A DNA stretch of 64,000 nt, taken from assembly GCA_035221665.1 (NCBI GenBank), contig CM069131.1:24428001-24492000 (forward strand), given 5' to 3'. The stretch is from Okamejei kenojei. Its lineage: Eukaryota. The notes beneath the pieces are model-generated. The model saw only the letters and a list, made by a program, of their open reading frames with translations. It ran no database searches and was not told the origin of the DNA. This document shows, piece after piece, positions 11,930 to 24,865 of this stretch. The translations under genes and the position numbers were made by a program. The stretch's first letter is position 1. Each line of letters opens with the position of its first letter.

Positions 11930-12140
11930 GACCCAAAGAACGGGAGCAACTCAACGGGTTAGGGAGCATCCCTGGAGAAAAAGGATGGGTGTCATTTCAG
12001 GTCAGGACCCTTCTTCAGACTGAGAGAAGAGTGAAGAAGGGTCCCTTCATGAAATGTCACACATCCTTTCTTCTCCAGGGATGCTGCCGGACCCATTGAG
12101 TTATTCCAGCATAAACCAGCATCTGTAGTTCGTTGTTTCT
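11930..12140. mobile_element. Palindromic Penelope-LTR relic (older subfamily)
   Basis: Inverted arms spanning ~11948-12102, including GGACCCTTCTTCA / TGAAGAAGGGTCC and GCATCCCTGGAGAA / TTCTCCAGGGATGC. Confidence 0.75.
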
Positions 12141-12149
12141 AAATGTTGG

Positions 12150-13745
12150 CTTTATCCAGGGCATGATTTGAGGAGGTGACAAAGGTGATTGATGAGGGGT
12201 TAATCTAGTTTAATTTAGTTTATTATTGGTAGGGAAGTGGATGGTGTCTACATGGACTTTAGTAAGGTATTTGGTAAGGTCCCTCATTGTAGACAGATCC
12301 TGAAGATTACAATGCATAGGATCCAAAGTGAATTGGAAATTTGGATTCCGAAAGAGCTTACACATTTAGTTCAAGTTTAAGTTCACATTTATTGCCACAT
12401 GCACCAATTAAGGTGCTGTGGAATTTGACTTACCATGCAGCCATACAATCAAAAAGAGCACAATACACAATAGAAAACAACATGAACATCCACCATAGTG
12501 GCATGAACATTCTTCACTGTGGTGGAAGGCAATAACGTCCAGTCGGTCCTCCTCCTTTGTTCATCCGTGGTCGGGGCCATGAACCCACAGTGGCCGCTAC
12601 GGACGACCCGATGTACAGGCCTTCTCGTTGAGATGATCGAAACTCCGACTTCAGGACGGCCGAACACTCCGCGGCTTGGAGGTCACGAATTGGCCGCTTC
12701 TCACCGGAGACCTTAGGCCGCAGGCCGGTGGTCGGAGCTCTTCTCCGGCGATCCCCGGCAAGGGATTGCCCGGCTCCGCGATGGGAAATCCACACTGCGC
12801 CTGCTGCAGAAGGTCCGGGCCCGACTCAGGGCGAGGCCACACCAATCCATGCTGTTAGGCCGCGAGGGAGGGCAAAAATGCGACTAGGAGAAAAGTCGCA
12901 TTCCACCGAGGTAAGTGACTGAAAAACAGTTCCCCCCTTCCCCGCCCCCACACTGAAACACACTAAAAAACACTTTTAGACATACTAAAAACAAAAAAAC
13001 TCGAAATGACGAACAGCTGTTAGCGAGGCTGCCGACTTGCAGCGCCACCCGTCTGACAAAAAACGGGTGGCACCGCGACAGAGAGTAGTGGTAAACGCAT
13101 TGCATTCTGGCTGGACATCTGTAAACAATGGAGTTCTATATGGATCTATGGTGGGAACGTTGTTGTTTGTGACATATAGAAATGTCTCAGACAAAAAGCA
13201 GATAGATTGCTTGCTAAATTTGCAGATGACACAAAAAACTGTGATGTTATGGACAGCGAAGAAGGATGTCAAAAGACACAGCAAGATATACATCTGTGAG
13301 ATATATAACTGTGAGATGTTACACTTAGGGAGGTCAAATGCAAGGGGAAAGTACACTGCTGTTGGCTGGACCATTGACAGCAATGATGTACCTAAGGAAC
13401 TTGGGTCCAATTCTATAGCTCCCTGAAAGTGGGAATACAAGTAGATAGAGTGATAAGAAGGCATATAGTGTGCTTTCCTTCATCAGTTGGGCATTAAGTC
13501 TTAAGAGTCAGGAAGTCATGTTGCAACTTTGCTTAGGCCACATTTGGAATATTAAGTGCAGTTCTGGTTTCCCTATTACAGGAAGGATGTGGAGGCTCTG
13601 GGGAGGATGTGGAAGAGATGTACTGGGATGATGTCTGAATTAGAGGGTATTAATTATAAATTGGATTAATTGGATAAACTTGGATTGTTCTCTCTGGAAT
13701 GCTGGTGGCTGAGGGGAGACCTGATCAATGTTTATTAAATTATTA
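12150..13745 (+). mobile_element. Degenerate CR1 RT fragment split by an unrelated insertion at ~12370-13078
   Basis: DVVYMDFSKVFGKVPH-like segment at ~12240-12290 resumes at ~13080 (RVVVN...WTSVNNGV, CEMLHLGRSN). Confidence 0.75.
12370..13078 (-). mobile_element. Non-autonomous retroposon (SINE-like) with GC-rich body and Rex/L2-type 3' tail
   Basis: Minus-strand tail AATAAATGTGAACTTAAACTTGAAC resembles the Rex tail at 28890-28930. No coding capacity. Interrupts a CR1. Confidence 0.55.
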
Positions 13746-14522
13746 GACTAAGTGGGACGCGTTGGGTCCCATGTTTACACGGGAGGGCTGGTCCCTCAAT
13801 GCAATATTCCACCTCTCCACCAATTCCAATATTTCTGGCCAGTTGGGGGCGGCTTTTCTGGAGCGCTAGTATGGGTGTCGTGGGCCGAAGGGACTGGTTT
13901 CCAGAGGGATAGTTTGGACATTGTGGGCTGAATGGATTCTTGGGCTGGCAGCTCAGTCACTCAGGCCTGGTGGGCTGTCAGCTGTTACTCAGACCTGGTG
14001 GGCTGGCAGCTCAGTCACTCAGGCCTGGTGGGCTGGCAGATCAGCCACTCAGGCCTGGTGGGCTAGCAGCTCAGAAACTGCCAGAAATTCTGCCCAAAAC
14101 AGGTGAGAGAAGGGGGAGAGGGTGGAGAATCAATTTTAGACATTTTTCATCTTTTTTTGCTGATCACAGCAATGAAGGAGGAAAGTCTATCCTGGCCTGG
14201 ATCTCACAGAGAGCAAATGAAGGGAGAGAGAAAAATACTTGGGTGAGGTTTAATACTTGCAGGGGGAATACGTACTGATGGGCCAAAGGGACTCCTGGGC
14301 TAGTACAGTCCTGATGGGTTGAAGGGGCTTTAATAAAATAATCAGAGTGAAATCTCAGTGAAAGGCACTTTTTCTGGACTTTTCCTGGCCTGGCACGGGC
14401 CTTTTGGGCCAAAATGCGACTGGTTTCTTGGCTAATAGAGGTTCTGTGGGCCAAAATTAGTGGGTTTTAGGCAGGCTAAACAACTCATTTCATTTCATTT
14501 CCAATTGCATTGCAGTTTCAAG
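13744..14522 (+). mobile_element. Putative non-autonomous Helentron/HINE-like element
   Basis: 5' ACTAAGT followed by hairpin GGGAC-GCGTTGG-GTCCC and GCAATATTCCACC, shared with the element at ~51290-51440. Internal minisatellite. Confidence 0.45.
13941..14074. repeat. 30-bp minisatellite (~4.5 copies)
   Basis: Unit TGGGCTGGCAGCTCAGTCACTCAGGCCTGG. Confidence 0.92.
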
Positions 14523-14523
14523 G

Positions 14524-15375
14524 GAGATAAGGGAGAACCAGTGGATGCGTTATATCTGGACTTTCAGAAGGCTTTCGACAAGGTCCCACACAAGAGATTA
14601 GTATACAAACTTAAAGCACATGGTAGTGGGGGTTCAGTATTGATGTGGATTGAGAACTGGCTGGCAGACAGGAAGCAAAGAGTAGGAGTGAACGGGTCCT
14701 TTTCAGGATGGCAGGCAGTGACTAGTGGGGTGCCGCAAGGCTCAGTGCTGGGACCCCAGCTATTTACAATATATATTAATGATTTGGACGAGGGAATTGA
14801 ATGCAACATCTCCAAGTTTGCGGATGACACAAAGCTGGGGGGCAGTGTTAGCTGTGAGGAGTATGCTAGGAGGCTGCAAGGTGACTTGGATAGGTTGGGT
14901 GAGTGGGCAAATGCATGGCAGATGCAGTATAATGTGGATAAATGTGAGGTTATCCACTTTGGTGGCAAAAACAGGAAAATAGACTATTATTTGAATGGTG
15001 GCCGATTAGGAAAAGGGGAGATGCAACGAGACCTGGGTGTCATGGTACACCAGTCATTGAAAGTAGGCATGCAGGTGCAGCAGGCAGTGAAGAAAGCGAA
15101 TGGTATGTTAGCATTCATAGCAAAAGGATTTGAGTATAGGAGCAGGGAGGTTCTACTGCAGTTGTACAGAAGTTCTCAGCTACAGAAGGCAGCGGAGGCC
15201 AATTCGCTGGAAGCTTTCAAGAGAGTTGGATATAGCTCTTAGGGCTAATGGAATCAAGGAAGGGAAAAAGCAGGAACGGGGTACTGATTCTGGATGATCA
15301 GCCATGATCATATTGAATGGCGGTGCTGGCTTGAAGGGCCGAATGGCCTACTCCTGCACCTATTTTCTATGTTTC
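14524..15375 (+). mobile_element. Young CR1 LINE fragment (RT domain, internal deletion at ~15170, 3' tail)
   Basis: Open frame with [24 protein letters not shown] and KFADDTK, followed by the CR1 tail. Confidence 0.95.
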
Positions 15376-15979
15376 AAAGGGCCTTCCAGACATTTTCAAG
15401 CGGGTTTAAAAATATATAGAGAAAGTCCATGTTTTATCCTGTCCCATGTATGAATCTCTGTTAATTTAACTCTCCAACCCTGATCTTGCCACCTATCTGT
15501 ATTGGCAGACACCTTAGTGTAGATACTGAGGCGCCTTCACACGCACGCTGGTTTTGCATACAGCCTGTCACCGCTGGCGACTCGCCCACAGCCACACAAG
15601 AAGGTTCACCCATAAGAGGTCAATAACAACTCCAAGGTCAGATGCACTAATTGGCCTTATTTGCACACGGGTTATGATTGGTGAGAATATAAGTAAAAGG
15701 GGCTTCTGGAATAAGCGTGACAAGGAATCTGGCTCAGCTAAGTGTCATTTGTTCTTTGCTTTCTGTCATGGGATTCAATACTTCAACACTAATTGTCTAC
15801 CCACCCAGATAGAAAACCACAACTTATGGCTCCATACCAGCATTCTAATGACCGAGCACTAATTGCTTGATGTGTCTCACTGTTACCAATGGGCAGGAAG
15901 CAAAATTACATAATTCTCCAACATTTCCACCTTCTTCAACATGATCCCCACATCAGTCACAGCTCTCCATTCACGCATT

Positions 15980-16838
15980 CCGACATTTCTGCCACCTTCA
16001 ATGATATCCCATCACCGGTCACATCTTCACGTCCAACACATCATTCTCCACCATTTTTGCCGCCTTGAACATAACCCCACCAGCAGCCACATCTTTGGAT
16101 CCCCACAACTTTCTGCTTTCTAGAGAGACAACTCCCTGTACAACTCCTTGGTTTACACATCACTTCCCATCCAAACCACCTCCTCCCCAGGTACTTTCCC
16201 TTGCAATCATAAAAAGTGTATCACCTGTCCTTATACCTCCTCCCTCATGTTCATGTAGGAATCCAAGCAGCAGGGGTTCACATTTACCTCTTGAAACCTC
16301 ATCTAATGCATTGGGTGCTCCTGATGTGGCCTCCATTGCATGGGCAAAATCAGGTGTAGATTAGGCAACCATTTTGCCAAACACTTGCATTCTGTCCACT
16401 CAAGGCTGACTGGATCTCCCTTCCCTTCCCATACCAACCTTTTTGTCTTTAGCCTCCTCCATTGCTCAAGTTAGGCCACACACACACTGCAGGAACAGCA
16501 CATTATATTACACTTGGGTGGTTTACAACCCAACAGTATAAACATTGAATTCTCCCATTTTATGTAATACCCCCAGCCCCTCTTTATTTCCTGTGCTTCC
16601 CACCCTAGTGTGCTATCAACCCCCCTCACCTGTATCCACCTATCACTTAAAAAGCATTGTCCCACTCCTACTGCGCTTTTCCAGTTTTCTCCCCCTGACT
16701 ACAATCAGTCTGAAAAAGGGTCTCAACACAAAATATCGCCTATCCATTCCTTCCACAGATGCTGCTTGACCCATTGAGTCACTCCAGCACTTCTAGTGTT
16801 TTGCTCAAAATTCCAACATCTGCAGTTCCTTGTGTCAG
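15980..16838 (+). mobile_element. Degenerate Penelope-like element (GIY-YIG region plus LTR end)
   Basis: PGTFPCNHKKCITCP-like translation at ~16186-16230. End CTGAAAAAGGGTCTC…AGATGCTGC…ATCTGCAGTTCC matches the other Penelope ends. Confidence 0.8.
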
Positions 16839-17767
16839 CAACGTTACAATGCACACTGCTCTTCCATTTCCTAAAATAAAACACATTCTTACCCCTTTTC
16901 CGTTATTAAAGGCTTTCAGGCAAATTAGACCAAGATTGTTACAAAGCGATGTTAATGCTTCTAAAAAAGAGCCTGAAACCCAGACAAGCATTTTCTACTG
17001 AACAATTCTTTTTTTTGCCATTATATGTCCAACCCAACAATTTTTTTGCCATTAATTTAAATGGTAGGTGTTTAAAAACATGGTGGAAAACATGAGCCAC
17101 CCAATCCTCTAGCATTTGTTATGCCCGGAATATGTGTGATGTACTCCATCCCAGACACAGGAACAACTCCCTTAGTACTGTTTCCTTTCTTCAGTAATTA
17201 CTTCATGGCTATCAAGATATAAAGTAAGATGTGGTAAGAAAATAACATTGTCATGATTTTCCAGCATGAACATCAACCATAATTCTTTAACAATTTACAG
17301 ATCCACCAACAGTTAATGGTACTGCATCTCTATTTCTGAGGTAATGTAACTATTACCAAACTCAGATGCCAATATAATTAAACACATTAAATCAAATCAA
17401 AATGTCCGCAGAGCTCCCATTTAAAATGTTTGAAATCTTTCCACATTTTTCCTGTAAATGTGTTACCATTTCCCTTCATTTTCCAAATGGTGCATAATCA
17501 GATGCCTTAACGTTAAACAAATATATATATATTTTAAATAATTATTTTGCATTGTATATGATCATGATCACCTAGCTTTAAATAATATTACAGAAAGAAT
17601 CACATCATTAACATTACAATTTTATAACAGAACAAGAGCTTATCGTTACAAAACAAAATAATATACAGGTGACTTACATCACCAGATCATTCTAAACACT
17701 TGAAAGAATTTAGTCATTGTCACAAGACATATATAATTTGATGTCCTTTGAGAATTTATAGTTAAGC

Positions 17768-17963
17768 ACTTGAGGCCAGTTCATTGGCTATATTTCAGAG
17801 GGAGTTAGATGAGGCACTTGTGGCCAGAGGGATCAGAGGTATGGAGAAAAGGCAGGTACGGGATACTGAGTTGGATGATCAGCCATGATTATATTGAATG
17901 GTGGTGCAGGCTCGAAGGGCCGAATGGCCTACTCCTGCACCTATTTTCTATGTTTCTATGTTT
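17768..17963 (+). mobile_element. CR1 3' end
   Basis: GATGATCAGCCATGAT…GAAGGGCCGAATGGCCTACTCCTGCACCTATTTTCTATGTTTCTATG. Confidence 0.9.
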
Positions 17964-18199
17964 CAATGGTAGTGAACACCTCATTCAATGAAGTATGCTG
18001 TATCTGCTCTTGAGAAAACTCTGCTTTTTACATTGGTTATATTCATTTATCTGGAAGCATATACCACATTAGTAATATCAAGTGGCGGAAATAACAACTC
18101 TGAATTTATAAATCGGGTTAAGATTAAATTTGATCCACAAGCAATGAAGAATGTTAATTCCATAATCTCATATTCTGTTATAGAGCTATTAAGTCAATT

Positions 18200-18855
18200 C
18201 AAATCAAATCAAATCAAATACGTTTATTTGTCATTGCACATCAACTGTACAACAAAATTTCATGTGCATCCCCTTCAATGGTAAACAATAAAATACACAG
18301 GATAAAAAGATTAAAAAGAACAAAACACAATAACACAAACAACCATTTACTCTCACATTTACATTTACCGCAAGATCAATGCATAAAATAAGTAATAGAT
18401 AATAAAAATGATGCACATTTTTGTCTAGCAGACAATTTATTATAATGCACCCCAAGTTGTGTAGTGTTGCCCGTAGTGTTATCTGTTTGAGTTCTCTAAT
18501 GGCACGTGGGTAGAAACTGTCAGTTAGTCTGCAAGTGCGGGCCTTCAAAGACCCGTATCGCCTCCCAGTGGGCAGCAGATTGAAAAGGTGGTTGGCAGGG
18601 TGGGATGAGTCCTGTGTGATGTTTGTCGCCCGGCGTAAACATCAGGCCTTGTAAATGTCTTCCAGGGAGGGTAGTTGAGCGTTTGTGATGCTCTGTGCTG
18701 TTTTAATAACCCTCTGTAGTGCCTTCCTTGCAGCCACAGTCCAGCTGGCAAACCACACCAGGATGCCATAGGAGAGGATGCTTTCCACGGCGCACCGGTA
18801 GAAGGACAGCAGCAGTTGCTGTGAGACATGTAGAGCCATGTTGATGGCGTCTTCT
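18200..18855 (-). mobile_element. Rex1/Babar-type LINE, 3' part (host of the L1)
   Basis: FYRCAVESILSYGILVWF…ALQRVIKTAQ…LPSLEDIY and RTCRLTDSFYPRAIR, with a (GATTT)n tail. Confidence 0.85.
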
Positions 18856-19529
18856 TTTTTTTTTTTTTTTTTTTAAATTTTTTTTATTATAGAAACAATC
18901 TATACAGAGTACACTCTTATACGGCATTAAAAATTATATAATATACAAAATTATATAATATTGATAATCAATTGATACTGTTTTTGTTATTTGTAATGTT
19001 ATCCATTATACATTTCCTGGTTATTTATTTTGTATAATTGGGAGTGTATGTAGTATATTCCTAAAATAAGCAATATACTCACACTTCTCATACCACACAT
19101 ATTTCTTCTAATTACCAAATACAAATCTCCCCTAATATAACTACATAATACCCAATCTTAACCAAACTTCTATGATATTCATGATATTTTCATAATATTA
19201 AGAGTGTTTGTATTATTATTAACTTTATATTTCAAAATTATTATATAGTTGAAAATGCACAGTTTTATATAATTACAAATTTAAGACATCTATAATATTT
19301 TCATACAACTAATAATAGGTGTATTCATACTAATATTAAGAATATATATAATATGTTTCTATACTTTTTTTCTCTACTTAAAGATAGAAAGATAGAGATA
19401 GAAAGTAGAAAATAGAAAAGAAAATGTGAAAAGTTTGATGGAGATTAAAATATTACTAAATAATCCGTTCTTGGAGATACATTCATGATTTATTATATGT
19501 ATTTCTTCATCCATTCAGATATTCAGGCC

Positions 19530-22500
19530 TCAGTCAAGTCCCCGCGCCGAACCATTATGACCCTGTAAATATTTAATGTATGGAGACCAAATCCCTTTGA
19601 AGAGATCTAACCTATCCATAAGGACAAGTCTCAATCTCTCCAATTGAAGTGTCTCCGACATTTCTGTATTCCACATTTTAATTGTTGGGGATGCAGGGCC
19701 TTTCCAAAATTTTAGTATTAATTTTTTCCCAATTATTAGAGAATAGTCGATAAAAGTTCTTTGATTCCTTGTAATTATTTGTTCCGTTTCCGGTATTCCA
19801 AGTATTATTAACTTTGGATCAGGAATCATAGTAATATTAACAACATTCGAGATTATCTTAAATATTTCGTTCCAATATTCTACAATCTTCGTACAATTAG
19901 TGAATGAATGTGACAAATTTGCTTCTAAGATTTGACATTTATCACATATAGGCGATAATTTTGGAAATATATTATGTAATTTAGATTTAATGTAATCTAT
20001 GTAAAATTTTAAACTGTATAAGAGCATGTTTAGCATTTAACGAGCAGTAATGTATGTGTTGTAAGCTTTCTTCCCATATTTCTGGGCTTATTATTTGACC
20101 TAATTCATTTTCCCAACGCTGTCTGTGTATTTCCGATGATGGAATATCACTTTCCAACAAAATATTGTAAATGTATGATATCATTTTTTCTGTATTTGGA
20201 TGTTTATTCAAGCATTCATCTAAAATTTCACTCTTTCTATTTCTGAATTCTTGTGTATTTGCAGAGATATAGTTTCTGATTTGTAAGTATCTGAAATATT
20301 CATTATTATGAAGCCCGTAAGCTTGTTGTAACTCTTGAAATGAAAGAAAAAAATTTTCCTTATAAAGATCCCCTATATTTAAAATTCCTTTATTTTTCCA
20401 TTGTATAAAAGCCTTATCCATTGTTGAGGGTTTAAACGTAAAATTGTTGGCAATAGTAAGACCTAGTACTAAGGGAGTTGTTCCTGTGTCTGGGATGGAG
20501 TATCCAAATACGTATTCCGGGCTTTCTAGAGGATTGGGTGGGCTCATCGAGTTTTCCACCATTTTTTAAACATTAATTTAAATTTAATGGCAAAAAAATT
20601 GTTGGGTTGGACATATAATGGCAAAAAAAAGAATTGTTCAGTAGAAAATGCTGATGTCCTGGGATGTTCAGGCTGTCTTTTTTAAGAAAGCATGGATAGA
20701 CATCGCTTTGTAACAATCTTGGAATTTAAGATTTAAGGAAAAGGGGATCTTATAGAAACTGTGTTTTACAAAATTCTTAAGGGGTTGGAAGAGATGCAGT
20801 TGTTCCCGATTGTTGGGGAACGTTGCTGACAGCAAGGAAAGATGGGAAATCCTTTGACCGCAAAACTTTCTTCACTAGAGAGTGGGAGTCTCAATGGGTC
20901 AAGCAACATCTGTGCCACAGAAGGTAATGGAGGCCAGTTCATTGGCTATTTTAAGAGTGTTGGACCCTTTTCAGTGATTGTAGTCAGGGGGAGAAAACTG
21001 GAAAAGGCAGGTACGGGATAATTTTAATGTTGGATGATCTTTATTTGTTTCCAAATACGTATTCCGCTTTCTATTATCGAGTTTTCACTATAAATTTTCT
21101 TAGGTACATTAATATTAGCAAATATTATAGAGCTAATTTCAAATGGAAAACAGTCTTCTCTTTCCATTTTTAACCAGTTTGGTTTATTATCTGTTTCTTC
21201 TAACCAGAAGTTCATATTTTTAATATTAACTGCCCAATAATAAAACATAAAATTTGGTAATGCTAAACCCCCGTTTATTTTAGCTTTACATAAGTGTTTT
21301 TTATTTATTCTATGGTTCTTATAATCCCAGATAAAGTTAGTGACTATAGAGTCTACTTTTTTAAAAAAATTTTTAGGGAGATATATCGGGATTGATTGAA
21401 ATAAATATAATAATTGTGGGAGAAAAATCATTTTTTATTGCGTTTATTTTACCTAACATTGAAATAGGTAAACTTTTCCAGTATAAAATATTTTTATTTA
21501 ATTTATTCAGTAATAACGGGAAATTAGATTTAAATAGAGAGTCAAATCTTTTTGTAACAACAATACCAAGATATTTAATATTTTCATTTGTTATCTTAAA
21601 AGGAAATTGTTGTAATATCTGTAAGTTATTCATGGTTATTGGCATAAGTTCACTTTTATTCCAATTAATACTGTATCCTGAAATTAAACCAAATTCCGTT
21701 ATTAGTTTTAACAAATTACGGATACTTATTTCCGGTTTAGTGATATAAAGTAATACATCGTCCGCATATAACGAGATTTTATTCTTAGTATCTTTAGTAT
21801 CATATCCATATATTTCCGGGTGCAATCTTACCCTTTGGGCAAGAGGTTCGATTGCTAACGCAAACAGTAAAGGTGATAAAGGACAGCCTTGTCTACAACC
21901 TCGAGATAAACTAAATTTAGTTGATAACATACGGTTTGTTGTTATTCTAGCTGTTGGGTTTGCATATAATAATTTGATCCAAGTAGTAAACTTATCACCA
22001 AGCTTAAAAGCTTCCATCACCGAAAATAAATAAGGCCATTCCACCTGGTCAAAAGCTTTTTCTGCATCCAGCGAGATAACTACTAAGTCTTTTTTATCAA
22101 TTCTTTTCGAATATATGATATTAAATAACCGTCTTAGATTATATGAAGAATATCTTTTAGGTATAAATCCTGTTTGATCAGGATGAATTAATTCGTTAAC
22201 AACTGTACTTAATCTTTGCGCTAGTATCTTTGTTAAAATTTTTTGATCCGTATTTAATAAAGCAATTGCTCTATATGATCCTGGGTCATCCAAATCTTTA
22301 TTTATTTTGGGTATAAGTGTTATAATAGACTCGTTCAATGTATCTGGTAATTTCTCTTGTGTATATATCTGTTCATATAATGATTTTAAATATGGGACCA
22401 TTTGATCGTGAAAAATTTTATAAAATTCCGAACCTATACCATCCGGTCCTGGAGTTTTACCATTTTTTAATGATTTAATAGATTCTTGGATTTCTTTTAT

Positions 22501-23886
22501 TGAAATATCAGCATTTAATAGTTCTCTATTTTGTAAATCTAATTCTTTTAAGCTACATATATATAAAAAGGCATCTATTTCTGTTTTATTTACTGTCGCT
22601 TTAGCAGTATACAGATTTTTATAATATTGCATAAATCTTTCATTAATATCTTTGGGTTGTATTAATAATTCACCGTTTTGTGATTTAATCCTATGTATAG
22701 TTTTTTCAGCTTCAATTTTCCTTAATTGTCGAGCCAATAATTTTTGGGGTTTGTCTCCAAATTCAAACAGCAATTGTTTATTATGTTGGTAATATTTTAA
22801 AACTTGATCAGTGTATATTTTGTTTAATTTATACTTCAATGCTACAATTTTATTATGTATTATTATATCTGATTTTGTTGCATTCTGTATATCTAATTGT
22901 TTAATCTCCCTTTCTAAGTCCTGTTGTTCCTTCCGAATCTTTTTATTATGGAATGCTTGTGAAGAAATCATAATTCCTCGAAGATATGCTTTAAATGTTT
23001 CCCATAATAAAGAGCGAGATATTTCTGGTTGATCATTTATTTCAAAAAACATCTTAATCTGAGTTATAATATATTCCTGAGTGGTTTTATTTTTTAAAAT
23101 TTGTGGGTTAAGTTTCCATTGTCCTAAATTTTCTGTTTTACCATTTATTTTAATTTTAAATGTTAATGGTGCATGATCTGAAATTATAATATTATGATAT
23201 TTAGATTCGTAAGTAAGTGAAATAAGCTTTGCATCTACCAGAAAGTAATCTATTCTTGAATAAGTTTTATGTACTGGTGAGTAAAAGGAATATTCTCGAC
23301 CAGTAGGATTTTCTGTTCTCCAAACATCTTTAATGTTAGTCATTTGGATATATGCATTTAATAAATCACTAGTATGTGATTTAGTTTTTCTTTGTTTTGA
23401 AGATCTATCTAAATAAGGATCTAATGTACAATTAAAATCTCCTCCAATTATCAAATTATAATGTGTTAATTCCGGAATATTATTGAGTACTTTCTTAAAA
23501 AATAAAGGACTGTCAAAATTTGGTCCATAAATATTAACGAAAATCATTTTTTCCCTGTTTATTTCTCCTATCACAATAATATATCTGCCATCTTTATCAG
23601 ATATAGTAGATGTATGCTTAAATAAAGTACCTTTACGAAATAATATTGCTACGCCTCTTGATTTATGCGTAAAAGAGGAGTGATATATTTTGTCTATCCA
23701 TTTGGCTTTCAGCCTATTTTCAGCGTCTTTTTTTAGGTGAGTTTCTTGAATGTAAATTACATCAGCTTTAATTGCCTTTAAATGTGTCAATATTTTTCCT
23801 CTTTTTATTGGTTCATTGATACCTTTAACATTCCAACTGCAAAAGGTTAATCCCTCATTCCCCATATTTCTTTTTAAGTCCTGCAT
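19530..23886 (-). pseudogene. L1 ORF2 (APE endonuclease, RT, CCHC), broken near 21430, 20465-21020 and ~19990
   Basis: SWNVKG, QETH, GGDFN, SRIDYF, SDH; DAEKAFD, GCRQGCPLSP, YADD; CDKC…HSFTNC. Confidence 0.92.
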
Positions 23887-24865
23887 TTTAAATTTGTGGG
23901 AGTCTACAATAGAGTCCAAGGGTCCGTGCAGTAGACCTAACCTTACACCCGAACACCGAATAGATGAATTTTAAATCTCTTTTATGTACTTCACGAATAT
24001 ATCTCCATTGTTCCAGTATGTAGCTCCATTCAAACTGAAAGATACAATAAGTGTAAAAGAATAGTAAAGAGTAGATAAAGAGATTAATAGGGTGTATAAA
24101 GAATGAAAAAACTACAAATGAAATATTTGTAGTTTGTGTAAGCCATACTACGTTGGCTATCCATCTAAAGGCTTCCGGCATTGATGTTATTAATTTGGCC
24201 AGCTCCTAGATTTAAGGAATTATTATTCCATAATAATATTTGAACGGGGATATAATTTTCTGCCGATTAAAGCTAAACAGGCTTATCATCCAAAGAAAAA
24301 AGCTGAAGTAATGAGAGGATAGACCTTCATTGCGATAAGTTCTGTCTTCTCTGAGTCCAGTAGACGTTCTTGTTTCTGTTATATTTGCTGTATCTATAAA
24401 TTAATTTAAAAATGAAAAAGTGATATTGATCTAATAAAAGTATATATATCTATAAAAACAGGAGATAAAGAGTTTTTAAAGTACAAAAAATAAAAAACAT
24501 TATTAAAGAAGAAAAAATAAGGGGAGGGTATCTCCAATTTTAACAAGACATAAGATATTAATTATTGGTAATATTAATTAGCAATAGTGAACAATCTTGG
24601 TTAATAATAATCATAGTGATAATAAAACCGCGTTATGATTTTAGTATGTGTGTTATTTGTTTGTGTTAGTTATATATTATGACTAATTGTCAATGTTCAA
24701 CAAGCATCTTCCAATCCAGAAAAACGCTTCATTCCATACGACAGTGTCCGTTCCTTCTAGTTCCTTCTAATTCCGTATTATCGTATGAAGTCTCACAGAA
24801 TGTTAAGAGACCATACTAGGTCTCTAAAAGTAGTAAAAGACAGTATGTTTGCTTGTAGATAATTT

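Noticed and set aside
12900-12920. ACTTACCT on the minus strand resembling the U1 snRNA 5' end
   Set aside because: Similarity does not extend beyond about 8 nt.
13941-14074. CRISPR-like regular repeats (also 60264-60512)
   Set aside because: Contiguous tandem units without unique spacers, no cas genes, eukaryotic context.
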